From positions 3,348,001-3,412,000 of the forward strand of contig CM030335.1 in assembly GCA_017654855.1 (NCBI GenBank): DNA of 64,000 nucleotides. Direction: 5' to 3'. Each line of letters opens with the position of its first letter. Position 1 is the first letter of the stretch. The stretch is from Podospora anserina (Eukaryota). A program made the position numbers and the translations under genes. This document shows positions 25,018 through 37,246 of this stretch, piece after piece. The notes under the pieces were generated by a model. It did no database searches. It was given only the letters and a program-made list of their open reading frames with translations, and had not been told where the DNA came from.

Positions 25018-26431
25018 TGGTGGTGCCAAAAGGTCTTAGATGCCGAGTAATGTGCCCGACAGGCAGTATGAATCGCCTCTCCGGGTCTGTTTGGCGTACA
25101 CGAATGGATGATATCGAGGTTCCTGGAATCGAAGAAGTAAGGCAGTCATAAGTGCCAAAGAAGAGGGATAGCTGTGGCTATCAACCCTCTGGCAAGAGAG
25201 CATCAAAGGGGCACAGTTTGATCTCCCTGGGATTGCTGCCTTCGTATCATGTTGCTGACATGACAGGCGAGACCATGGCGATACAAGGGAAGGCTGGCTC
25301 TGGCGATGGCGCAGAAGCTTGGCGTTCGGCATGGAACATTATGGCTGGACTGTCACCTCGCCGGAGCGGGTCGTCAGCAAACTGGAACTCTCTCTTTGGT
25401 TAGCAAACGTCTGGCGATGTCAGCAGTCGCAGGGTTCGGTAATTTGCACCCATCGTGCTGATAAGGCTGATAAATGTTCTTCTGAATCGATGTAAGGGTG
25501 GTCTCGGCAAGCGAGAATAGTAACTCTGAGAGAGGTTGGTAGACAGCTATTACCTACATTGTGTAGTTTGGCATGGAGGCTGTGCTGATGATGATGGGTG
25601 CCTACTACTATTGGCGACAAGAGCAGACGACTGGTTGACACTGGGCTAGAATGCTTAACAGGCCCGTAACTTAGCACCCAATCAGAAGACACTGGGATTT
25701 GGCCGCACGCCAGCTTTCCCAGCTGCGGCACAGGACTCATTCTTATCTAACGACCAGTATCATCTGCCTCACCGAAGCTCCGACTCTTGCTGCTCGACTG
25801 ATGGCCGGTTCAGTTCATCCTGCCCACTTTCACAAATTAAGCTCGCATGCCAAGAATGCTTGATAAGATGCCAAGGCGCTGACGGCATCCCTGGGCTATT
25901 TTTGGTGCACAAAACCCCGCCTATCAGAACGCATGCCCCCACAAGGCCCCCAAATCTTATCCAGACATCACATCACTGTTCACGTATCGCTGATGCTGAT
26001 TATACAACTTTCGGGACAACAGGCAACACATGCTTGAAACTCCAACAAAATCAATTGGGGTCGGTGCCTAGGGTATATAAAAGAAGACCGAGTCATCTAC
26101 CAAACCATCGACCAAACCGCGCAAACTCCAAGTTGTGCATAACCATATCACCATACATGTAAAAAAAAATTAAAAAAATCTTCGCATTGTCGCATCACTG
26201 GTCCTTTGGTGTGATGATATATGCTGAGACTAAATTGCTAGCAACAACATCTCAAGCTTCATGAGCGGCGTCCACAAACCCACCACCGACCCAGTTGCCA
26301 CTAGCTTGTCCACCGCCTTAAAGACGAGGGCTGCGCATTGTAAGCAACCTGGTAACTCCTCCGGATGATGAGAATGTCTTCATGTTGAGAACCTCAAGTC
26401 CAATTCTTGGATCCCATTGGGGAACGACGGA

Positions 26432-27597
26432 TTAATCTAGCAGCAAGACAGCCCACCAAATCATGAGCACCCAGATAGCTCTGAAGGGCTTCTCACAGAA
26501 ATAGGCCCAGGCATCGGCTGATAAACCGAATGCCATCTTTAGCAATGCGCTCCCAAATCGGGTCCGTCAAAACCTCCTCGAAATGAGGAGACTGAACGTC
26601 GCGGTTGGCGTAGAACCCAGCGTTCGAGGCTTCCAACTGCTCAAGCGCCTCGTTGCGGACAGCTAGGGCTTCTTCAAGTAGCTTCTGGTAGTTTCGAATC
26701 TCGGCTTGGGCCTCTTGATAAGCGTCATGGGCCTCCTGGTATCGCCTGTGAAGCTCAACCACGTGTTGCTGACTCTCAGATTCCAATTCTCCCAAGACAT
26801 TGAGGCTGGATTCGAGATTGTGGTTGTCGGAAGCGAGGGTATCCAGTGAGATCTTGGCCTCGAGCGCCTTGTGTTCAGCTTCCACGACATTGGCCTTCAA
26901 GGCAGTTCTCTCTGGGTTCCGATTGGCCTGGGCGGTCTTGAGCTTGGTATCGGATTCCTTGTTGATCTCCACGAGCTTCTTGTCGAGCCTATTCTTCGCC
27001 TCCGCAAGCTTGCTGTCGTAGTCTTTCTTGGCCTCCGCCAGCTTGACCTTCAAGGTCTCAAGATCCTTGGCTCGGAGAGACTCCCAGTGCTTGGCAGCCT
27101 TCTGGGTCACCTCGTGGGCCTGCTTCTCCTTGGTGAGTTCGTCGCGCAAACCCTTCAACTGGGCCTGCATCGAGGCTTCAGTCATGGCGCGGGCTTGTTG
27201 CTCATTGGCTAACTGTGTTTTCAGGGCCTGGATCTGGCAATCCGTCGGTCTTGTTGGCGTTGGCACGATCATGATCTGTACTGGCAAGCTGCTGACGAAG
27301 GCGCTGAAGCTCATAGTGCTTCTCCTTGTGCTGAGCTGCGTGCTTCTTCGCAGCGACGTCAAAGGCGTCCAGGAGATCTTGTTGGCGAAGAGCTGGGTGA
27401 GGCGGTCACCCATCATGCGTGAGACAGGCCTTGGCTCGATTCTCCCACTCTTCGGCATTCCTCTTTATGCGATGAAGCTGCTCCTTGTGCTGGTCCTTCT
27501 TTTCCTCCAACTCCCGAATGCGGTGCTTGAGTAGATCGACCTCAGCGTGATTGCTCATTGAGCAAGCCAGAGCTCTGGGGACGCGAGTCTGGGACAT
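26432..27597 (-). pseudogene. Coiled-coil protein with C-terminal hydrophobic anchor (paralog A1)
   Basis: LKHRIRELEEKK.., TGA at 27406-27408, shift near 27240, long heptad region, shift near 26518 into DAWAYFCEKPFRAIWVLMIWWAVLLLD*. Confidence 0.65.
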
Positions 27598-28493
27598 CTT
27601 GCTCTACTAAGAAGATTGAATCGAGAAGGTTTAGCTCGCGTTGTTTGTGCCGAAGACTGGTATGTTGTGTGTCTGGGGACGGAGGTCGACAAGAGCTGTG
27701 CTGGGCCCGGGAGAGAGATCGGGAGCAAAATACGGATGCCCCGGAGAGTTGTGACCCTTGAAGCGCTTAGTGATGACTGGAAGGCGCCCAGGTGGGAACT
27801 CACAGTGTCACTCGCGTCTATCGAGCAGAGAGAAGCCTCGACCGCGAGCTGCATGAGGGTTGCAGGTATGATGTGTGAAAGTGAAAGTTGCAGTGGAAAA
27901 TATGAGGTCCGATTGCAAGCTGGAGGTGCAGGTAGGATGAAGAGGCCGAAGGCAGATAAGATTTTCAAGACAGGCAGCACAGGAAATATCTACTCCCAGT
28001 GCCACCGGTATCCCTCTCCAAGATAGCCAGTAGATTGATTTGTAATGATTTGAAATAAAAGGCCCCTCAACTCGACCATCGCCATGCGGTCTGCTGTTAT
28101 GTGCATCTGGTGCAGCTTCGTACCTATATACCAACACTGACATGTCAGCGACCTCCAGAGCTCTCAAACCGACGTTGAGAACAGATGACCGCAGAAGAAT
28201 AGATTAATAGTAGCAAAAGGACATGAAAGGAGCGATTAATAAGCATAGCTTTAACGATTTTTTTTTGGCACAGTCACAACTTCAATTGCTAGGTATTGGA
28301 CCACCGAGGAGGACCTTTCCGCACTAGACTGATATAGTTGGTACGAGGGGTGACGTGAGAACCCTTACCAGCAACTACGATAACTACCCAAGGCACTTTC
28401 CTTTCACCTCCCTAACGTATTCGTCTTTGCTGTAGAAACCTCGCTCACTTCTCATGGCCGAGCTTGTTGATTCCTGGCATACACCAAGTCCCA

Positions 28494-29061
28494 TTAACAG
28501 CCAGCACAGAGCCAGCTACGGTAGCCAATCAACATGACGACCCACCAGATAATGTTGGGCTGGTGACCTAGGCAAGTGACTGGCTGCGAAAGTGAGGCCA
28601 AAATGGCCAGAAATGGTAAACAAATTGGTGATACAGTAATTGGTTGTTGGTTTAAAAGTAAACAGTAAGGAAATCTAGCCTTAAAAGTAAACCGGTGTGG
28701 GTCTGGTGAAAGCCTGGGCCCTTTGTCTGGTGCCCCACAGATAATCATGACCCAAGCCAGCTTGAAAGGGCTGTTGAAGAAATAGACCCAAGTATCAGCG
28801 ATGAACTCTTTGCCATCCTCGAGAATGAGTTCCCAGATCGACCCAGCAGAGGTAGCCTGTACTTGGCACTGAGTGCTGGGAGTGCTGAAGCGATCGCGTT
28901 GTCCGGTGAAGAGCACCTCTCGAGTGGGCTCATCTTTTTCCATGAGATCATATCTGAGCGCCCCGAGCTCCTGTTTCAGCTGTGAGACTTCTCTCTCGAG
29001 CTCTCACCCTGTCCCTGGGTGAGAGCGCGCTGTTGTGGGGCGAAACGTCGTGACCGGACAT
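28494..29061 (-). pseudogene. Short coiled-coil protein with C-terminal anchor (paralog A2), frameshifted and interrupted by a solo LTR
   Basis: MSGHDVS..RDRVR, shift near 29000, LEREVSQLKQELGALRYDLMEKDE..IWELILEDGKEFIADTWVYFFNSPFKLAWVMII, LTR, WWVVMLIGY. Confidence 0.6.
28553..28739. mobile_element. Solo LTR (187 bp) with 5-bp TSD GATAA
   Basis: TGTTGGGC...GCCCCACA termini (7/8 inverted match). GATAA at 28548-28552 and 28740-28744. Confidence 0.85.
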
Positions 29062-30062
29062 CTTGGTCGTGCCATTCTGAAGTATCTTGTTCGCGGTGAC
29101 TGGTGTCAAGAGAGGTATGGGAGGGAAAATATGAGGCGGGTGGTCAACCGGCCGATGGAGAAGAAGGTAAGAAGAATGGCCAGTTGTTCGTGTTCGTGTC
29201 AAGACTGAGGGATCAGCGGGCCGCAGACCACGCTGCAAGAGATACTTGCTGGCTGGGCAGGACAGTGGGACCCGGATCCCCTTATCGGGAGCAACAATTC
29301 ACTTCCACTCCCAGATAAGGCCGCGAAGGAGGGGGTCCAGATAAGGAAGCCCTGGTGCCTTCAAGTTACTGATATCGTGATTAGGTACTGCAGGTACCAC
29401 GGGGGGTTCTCTGTTGATCGAAGGCCAAAACCGCGCCACTGTGGCCAACTCCGAAAGGTTCAACCGCCGTGAATACTAAGCCTTCGTGTTTCGCATCATG
29501 GTGGCTGGTCATTACTTTATCTCGCCCCTATTTGCAGTTCATAATATCATGCCCGGGACATGCCATGTTACCAACCTGGAATTGACGTAGTTAATACACC
29601 AGCATGACGAAAACTTGAAGCTCTTAGTATATTTAGTTGCCGTAAGGCAAGGTGGAACAGTTCCCTTCCAGGTTCCTTGGCTGTAGCATATAGGTAGTCA
29701 TGAAACACATGGGTAGTAGCTTGGCTCAAACAGTATGAACTGTGAGTCAGTACAGCTCGCCATCTTTGACTAATGTTATTCTCGCCAAGTTCTACAGCAG
29801 ACAAACATGATGGAAATCTCAAGTCTGGTCATATCACTGATGTGGTTAGGCAGAGCTTTCATAGCAGAAAATCGCGACACAAAAGCAAAAGAGCAGGCCA
29901 GGGGCTGAATGGTATCATATATTGATGGCTACCCAATATAAGTACCCAGGCCAACCTGGTGCTGAGCATGAATTCCGATGTTGGTGATGTTGACGGTTGA
30001 CAGTAGGTCGCACCGCAGTTGGTTCTTGTCCTTGTCGACCTCTTTCACTGTGAGCCACCATA

Positions 30063-30692
30063 TTAAACCCCATGTGTAAACTTCTTCTTGTGCCTGAGTG
30101 TTGGCTTGGTCGCATCCCTTTCCTCCCCTCCCCGAGTTCTCGATAAAGAGAGCGTCCCTCTGGACCCCTCAAGCATCATGGCGCTGCTCGCTGACGGGTG
30201 GTACTCAATCTCCTTGAGCTTGGCAGCATGATCATCATGGTCAGCAGCAACCTGTAGAAGTCGACGCCGGGTAGCATCCCGCTCCTCCCTCAGCCCTTCC
30301 TGTGTAATCTTGTAGCGGCCTTCTGCGGCAGCAAGTGAGTGTTGCAGATCGTCAATGATCTTCCTGGCAGAATTGAGCGAGGACTGGAACAAAGCCTTCT
30401 CCATCCTGCATCTGTGCGAAATCTCTGCGTCGAGCTTTTCGAGCTCAGTGGCTCTGCTCTGCCACTCCCGAGCCGCGTTCTCCGCCGTCTGAAGTTTCTC
30501 CTTGTAGAGCTCCCTGTCACGCTGAGCGTCTTGCAGTTCAAGAACCAGGCGGTTTGCCGAGTATACCCGATTGTTGAATCGGTGATCTCGGGTAAGGTCG
30601 TGGAGCCTCTGCTCGGCCCGAATCCTGGCCTGGCGCTCTTGAATCAGAGCACCCTCGAGCTCGCTGTAGGATGGTTTGGTCGTGTGCGACAT
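30063..30692 (-). CDS. Orphan coiled-coil protein (paralog B1)
   Basis: Intronless 209-aa ORF with E/R/L/A/Q-rich heptads. Confidence 0.7.
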   Translation of the reverse strand: MSHTTKPSYSELEGALIQERQARIRAEQRLHDLTRDHRFNNRVYSANRLVLELQDAQRDRELYKEKLQTAENAAREWQSRATELEKLDAEISHRCRMEKALFQSSLNSARKIIDDLQHSLAAAEGRYKITQEGLREERDATRRRLLQVAADHDDHAAKLKEIEYHPSASSAMMLEGSRGTLSLSRTRGGEERDATKPTLRHKKKFTHGV

Positions 30693-31470
30693 CGTGGAGG
30701 TGGTAATAGTTGGAATGATGATGGTGAGACGGTCAACCTGGCGGAAACTTTGACAGTGCTGTGATGTGATTGATGGGAGAGGTGTTAGGCGATTGGGGCT
30801 TTGTTGTCACTCAGGAAGTTAGAGTCTGGCGGGGACTTATCCACTAATCCTGAGACATCTTTTCACTCCGTAAGCGTTGACTCCTTGTAGGAGTGACCCG
30901 GGAGCAATAGGTTAATCTGATGTGCATTCACCTCAGGAAGTGGGTAATGGACAAAGAAAAGGCTGGGCGGGATCCTTATCTCATGTCACGGGCACGGGAG
31001 ATAGGCACGATATCAAGAGTCTTGAGTGAATAGGACCTGTAGAACCTTCCAGGGCCCGATCAAAGATATAGAACTCTCTGTAGATATCAATCTGCTCCTG
31101 ATATCAGATGGTCCCGGTTTGTTTGGGGCTCTGAAGGCTGGCCTGTGCGTCCGAGTAAAACTATATATGGTCTTCCTGCGCAGAAATTCACTCTCCCAAT
31201 CCTTTTTCACCATCCTCCTCACTGCCCTGTCCTTCACTATTTTTCTCTTCATCATATTCACCACCTTCCTCAATCCACTTCTACACACCGTCCAACCCAT
31301 CTCTTGAATCACGTACCTCGGAGGAAAGAACATCCACAGGCTTAAACAGCGCTCCAATCCAGTTGGGTGCATACGCCTAATGACATTGGAGTCTTGTAGG
31401 TCACCCCGCTATCCTGGAAGCGGTCTGAGACGCTTGAACTGACCTGTTTTGTACATAGGAACAACCTACG

Positions 31471-32448
31471 ATGGCTTACAACCGTTCCTCTATGCCAGCT
31501 GCCTATCTGGGTGGTGACAACGAGTATGCCAGACTCGAGAGGGCTTTGATTGACGCCAGGCAAGATCTAGGTCAGAAGAAGGCCGAGTTCGCCAGTGCCA
31601 TGGAGATGATCAGGAAGCAGGGCGGACAGATCGGCGACCTCAACTACAAACTCAACCTTGTCACCCATCGAGCTGAAACAGCCGAGGCCGGTCTTCGTGA
31701 GGTCACCGCTCATCATATGGCGGCGCTGGACGAGCTCGAGAACACCCGCCGTGCCTATTCAATTGCCGAGGCCAGGCTCCACGAGGCTGAGAGGGCCCGC
31801 GATGAGATGTCAGTCAACTATCGCAACCTGTCCTCCGGATACAATCGCTTGGAGGAGGACTTGAACGAAACACGCCAAGTTCTCTCGTCCACGGAGAGAG
31901 AGTTGAAGAATACCCTGATCGAGCGCAACGAGGCCCGCGGTTCACTCAGGATGTCTCAGGAAGCCTGGAACCATGAGAGAACCAACCTCCAGTCAAAATA
32001 CAACGCCTCACAGACTCAGCTACACTCTGTCCAGGGTCGTCTCGATACCACGGAGGGCAGACTCAGGGAGGCGCTGAGGCTCAATGACGAGGCGGCCAAG
32101 TCCCTTGCTGACAAAACGGCCTACATGTACGAGGCGGCCAAGTTCAAGGAGGCTTACGGGGTGGCCAAGAAGGATGTCGAATTCTTCAAGAGCCAACTGG
32201 CCACTACTGAGGAAAGGCTCTGTGAGATCCGCAAAGAGCGCGATCTGGCCAGGGTCGACGCGGACTTGCGCGACAGATTGTCGGGTCTGACTCACGGTGT
32301 TGCCGAGAAGAGGGTCGGCTTTTCTCCCCACGTTCAGGTGGCCGATTTGGGTGTCGAAAGGCCGCCCACACCCCTCACCCTTTCTAGAACCAGGACTTGC
32401 AGTCGGAGGAGCTCGATTTCTTACAGCCTCTCCAATATGGCTATATAA
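31471..32448 (+). CDS. Orphan coiled-coil protein (paralog B2)
   Basis: 325-aa ORF, long heptad-rich region, Ser/Arg-rich tail, TATATA upstream near 31162. Confidence 0.75.
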   Translation: MAYNRSSMPAAYLGGDNEYARLERALIDARQDLGQKKAEFASAMEMIRKQGGQIGDLNYKLNLVTHRAETAEAGLREVTAHHMAALDELENTRRAYSIAEARLHEAERARDEMSVNYRNLSSGYNRLEEDLNETRQVLSSTERELKNTLIERNEARGSLRMSQEAWNHERTNLQSKYNASQTQLHSVQGRLDTTEGRLREALRLNDEAAKSLADKTAYMYEAAKFKEAYGVAKKDVEFFKSQLATTEERLCEIRKERDLARVDADLRDRLSGLTHGVAEKRVGFSPHVQVADLGVERPPTPLTLSRTRTCSRRSSISYSLSNMAI

Positions 32449-33245
32449 TTTTGTCTAAGCGGACGGTGGCGTGTGGCTACAAGACTATGGCATCGATGTG
32501 TTAGCGGCCAGTTTAGGAGGGGCCAACAAGCGTCTCGCCTTGAGGCAGGTATGCAATATTCGGGAAAGGCTCAGGGAACATAAGGTAGCTAGGAAAAATT
32601 TAGTTTTGCTTCTCAGATCTGTGGTAACGGCAGTGTGATTCCCTATTTGGTGTTCTGTGGTCTTGATGTTGCGTGTTGAAGTCGGGTTTCTCACTCAGGC
32701 AGACGTCACAACGAAAAAACATCTAATACGCAGCACTTCATTGGCCAATACTGTCAGCCTCCCGCACCACTTCATACCTTATCCTTTTTTGGCAGCGCGT
32801 TCAACACATCCAGTCCGGGTTCTTACGGCGGAAAGCTACTCGGCATCAAAGTATGCCCAATGGGTGGTAAGCAACCACTCCCAAGGTCGAAGATGGGTAT
32901 CACTAACCACAGTCGCTGATGCGCAGGATCCAAGACAATGTTTCCGCAGCCGCCCGCGGGATGTCGACCTCGAGGAGATATGACGCGACAAAAACACACA
33001 TCCTGGACTCCGCGGCTGATGTTCCGGAAGCCTTGTTAAACAACTACCTCGCCGCCCGACTTCTCAACGCGCTTCCCATTAGTCTCTTGCTTTGATGCAG
33101 GTCCCAGTTTGACCAGGTAAGTTTCTGCCATCACTCCGAGTGCCAAAATCTTTGTTTCTATCTGGTACTGACACATGTCTTGGTCAAGCCTCTATTCTAT
33201 AGCTAGCAACGGTTGATGCCAAGACTCTGACTACACCAGCCCGGC

Positions 33246-34235
33246 CTACGCAAGCATAGCGGCAAACACAACCGTCATAATCCCCACCAAAACCATCGAT
33301 ACGCCACTTCCCCAAATCGCGTCACTCGTTCCCTCTGCCTGGGTCTGTGTGGCATTGGACGTCGTGGTCAAATCGATCGCCTTTACACACGTCAACTGTG
33401 CCTCTGCTTGGGAGACGGAAGTCTCGTTGTCGCCGGCCGGGAAGAACACGGTAAGAATGGGTGTAACTCCGAAGAAGTGTTTGACCATGGTCTCCGCGCT
33501 GAAATCACCCTATTTAATCGATGTTAGCTCACCGTGACGCCGACATGGAACCATGACTAACCGTTGAATTGGTAGAGTGAACGAGCCGGAGATCGTTGTT
33601 CCTTGGGGATGTAGGCCAGCAATCGGAACTGGCGTTCCTGTCGCTGTCAATAGGCTGGGGGGAACCATCACCCAGCAGGTCAACCGCGGTGACATCGACC
33701 CAATTATTGCCTGTGGCGAACGAAGCACACTCAGAGTCCAGGTTTGCCAGGAACTCGGTCTGCAGCTTCTCGCATGCGTCGTTGCCTGACAGGTCAACTT
33801 CCAAGGCGCGCTTTATCAAGGCGTTAATGCAACCATCTGTCATGGCTTGATTGCAAGTGCCTTTCGATCGCTTGGGGTCGTCATCGCCGAATCTGACGCG
33901 GTCGTTCACTTTGTTGAAGAAAACAGCACACGAGGCAGGAAGTCTGACGCCAAGAGAGGAGTACCGAGGTACAATGACTGGTCGTATTCTCGGTCGGAGC
34001 TGGTATCGACGGCACCTACAGCTTTGGTCCAGGAGAGGCCTTTCAGGTCGTCGCCAATGTCCTCCAACGGGACGACACCGACGGCGTTGAAGATCTTGTC
34101 CACCACGGTGCAAGTAGCGGAGGTTGTCCCCTTCGTGATGGGGCATTCGACATCAGCACAGCTCAGGATCTGAGCATTTATGGAAGAGGCCGTGGCCAGC
34201 ACGGCGAGAATGGTGAGGAGATATTGGCGCGACAT
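33246..34235 (-). pseudogene. Secreted Cys-rich, probably GPI-anchored protein with a frameshift
   Basis: Signal peptide MSRQYLLTILAVLATASS, LYLGTP, shift near 33960, SCAVFF..GTC..CWPT, intron ~33511-33560, TPILTVF..LTCV, hydrophobic C-terminus. Confidence 0.7.
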
Positions 34236-35555
34236 GATTACGAACTGCTGAGTTAAACCGTGAAGTAAAAAGAATCCAAGATAAGGAAATTGATGATAAG
34301 ATACAGGATGCTGTTGGGAGCAGGAGGGGCTGCCCCATTATAACAGTGCAACACGTCAACCGCGTCACAAGAGAGGGAGGGAGCCATGACCAAGCGAAGA
34401 CGACGGCCGTAACCAGCCCCATCATTTGTTGAGATGGCATTGAACATCACCTATTTGTCCCAGAAACCCGCAAGACAGATTGACGTCGGGTTGATTAGCC
34501 GCCATGGTTGCGCAAGGTGGGGCGCTATCGCTGCCGCCAGCCCCGAGTCCACCAATCACATGCATTACCAACAGCTCGGTAACCCCTGAAGCACCACTCC
34601 CTTTGCCGCCCGCAATCGCGGAGACATCTCACCCTGGTTTTGTTAACCGCTGTTGTGGTTGCTAACCTGCATCAGTAGCACAGCCTCCTCCATGGTTTTC
34701 TGGAATTCCCTCCAGTACCAGATCGAGCATTATCTCGGACCCTGGAGTCCACGAACCACTCCACCGGTAATCCTGCACTACGACAACGACAGCGAGCGCC
34801 ACCCAACTAGCACGACGTCATGCATCTAAGTGCGGTGATGGAACAACACAACGCTAACATGTAAGCAACCACCACAGTTTTCCCCATATGTGGGGTACAG
34901 AGCCTCAAAATATATCATATCTCAGAAAGTTTTCAATGATGAAGACAGGCAGGCCGTCCTAATAATGACAATCAGCACCGTGGCCGATGCCAATGGCACT
35001 GTGCTCGACGCCGTCAAACGACAAGAATTATATGCCGAGACAATGGAAGGAATGCGGATATCTCGGCTGGAGTAATGCTGGGGTTTCAAATGCAATAGTC
35101 CAGGACGTTGTGCGGTGTTGGATCCAGTAGAGACGCGTCGGTAGCCGACGAGGGTTATTTTCATCGTGTGGGGATTCTATGATCCAGGCCAACATCATGA
35201 AGGCCGATGAAGGGAGGATTGTCGAGCCATGGGTTCTGCTGGCTTCGGTGGTGTTGTGTTGTCTGGGAGACTGCCTACCGCCATGCGGAAAGGAAGGCGT
35301 TGGCAGCAAGCGTTGTCTCTCGCCGCCAGGGCCCGAGATGTATAAGAAGAAGGGTGAGGCTCTTGTCCTTGTGGCAAATATCACATCATCACATCATCAA
35401 GTTGCACATCTCTCCTATCAACCTTTACCACATTTCACGTTTTCTTTTTCCTATTTTCAAGGTGTGCCGCGCACATATTCTTCTCTCTTCACTCATTAAG
35501 CTCATCTACATTCTTTTTTTTGCTTTCTTTTGCAAACAGTTCTACAAGCAACATC

Positions 35556-36655
35556 ATGGCCGGCGCAGCAGGAGCTCTTCGGGTCATCTCAGCCATCTCC
35601 GGCCTCCTCAACGTCATCACCTTCGGTCAAGACATGTTCTCCCAGCCCGATCCCGTCGGCTCAAAGGTTAAGATCACCGTCGGCCTCGACGTCCCCGGTG
35701 GCCTCAACAATGTCGGCGGCGACCTTCCCGATGTCCGTCTGTTCAACGAAGCCGGCAAGTTCCTCGGCATTGCTGCCGATCCAGGCTCCATCGGCGATGG
35801 CTCCACCGGCGAGATCAAGGTCGACCACAAAGACGACAACGGCCAGCAGGCTACCTACGCCCTGTTTACCGCCAACGACAACGCTATCTGCGTCGCCAGC
35901 GCAAGTATCACCTGGCCCAACGGGGATCAGTACGGTTGGGTGGGCGACTGGGGTCGTGAGTGTGGTGGCAGTTGGTACTACAGCAATGTCTTCATCCAGG
36001 GCAGCGATTACAAGCCGGATTGTCTCTGGATTGATGCCAATGGCGACCAGCCCCAGACAGGCTTCCAGGTTCACTGGCCCGAGTTTGTCCAGAGAGATGA
36101 CGGCAAGCCTGGTGAGAAGGATGGATTGGATGTGGGATACTTCTGGGAGGCTGGACCTCCGTTCACGTTGTACACTTCACATGAGCCGAGGGCGGTGACA
36201 TACTGGGTTTTGAGTAATGGGAAAAAGGTGAAGAGGGGGGCTACGGGACGGTCAAGATTCATCAACGGAGACAGCAGATGGTGAGGGAGAGGCAAGGGAA
36301 CGGGACTGACGCGGCTGGTCACGGAACAACCCATACTTTGGCGCAGAAGCTGGGTGAGATGCTGGTGTTGGATCACGGGAACAACGGACAACACTCGGCT
36401 GCGAAGCTCTGCTCGAGCCCTACTTCTATGGGACCCGACTTCGCCAATGATGCGGAGGGACTCTTTTGCCGGATGTCAGACAAGACCTTGTGGGTTTTCT
36501 GTGATGGCGTTCATATTACGGATAATTGCTTCAACCCGGACTTGCAGCAGGTCGTTGTTGGCGGTAAGGTGACCAGAGATAGGAAGTACGGGAAGGTTAT
36601 GTCTTGGAGAGCAGGGAGTAATGGCGGTGATGGAGGGAGGTCTGGGTATTACTAA
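35556..36655 (+). pseudogene. Uncharacterised fungal protein (GGDLPDVRLFNE / SMGPDF type), frameshift in a G run
   Basis: ORFs 35520-36284 and 36278-36655 join if the G6 run at 36235-36240 were G7. Cys-patterned C-terminal part LCSSPTSMGPDF..GLFCRM. Confidence 0.7.
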
Positions 36656-37246
36656 TTGTACTCTCAAAAAGTATCATCCATATTTAAACTTTATACCTGT
36701 GTATAATAATGTGAGATGGTGTTTGACTACCTACCTTTGATATTTCATGCCCTTTAACTTGACTTCTATTTCCCAGAGATTTTGCGCTACCCTGGGTGTT
36801 CTTTTCCTCTTAGTTATAGCGGTTTAGGAGAATGGCCTGGCTACTTATGGAGTTGTCCAATGCCCGCGGGGAAAGTGTATTTACCGTCCAGATGTATGTA
36901 CCGCCTCTAACACATTCTCTCCCCAGATCTCGTTTGCTTTACCAACGCACACGTACTGCCTACTTACAAGGTCGCCACCGACAGTCAGTCCGCCCTGTTC
37001 TACTCAAGGTAAGATTCATCGCTCAACACTCGTGTCCATCCTGACCATCACTGACATCATACCAGATCTGGCGACCGCGTCCAGAGCTACCAAGGTCACC
37101 ATCCACAAGTCCTCTTCGGGCTTCATCGACAGTCTTAAAACTCTTGGACCACTCGAGGTAAGTAAGAGTTTTCCCTCGTCGCTCACGTTCCTCGCTAACA
37201 TGTATGCTAAATCTGAAATCCCATCACCAGTCGAGCAGCTCCAACA

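Noticed and set aside
29565-29830. Possible solo LTR starting TGTTACC
   Set aside because: No matching CA end with a TSD found.
34690-35075. Possible relic small gene starting MVFWNSLQYQ
   Set aside because: Fragmentary and no family recognised.
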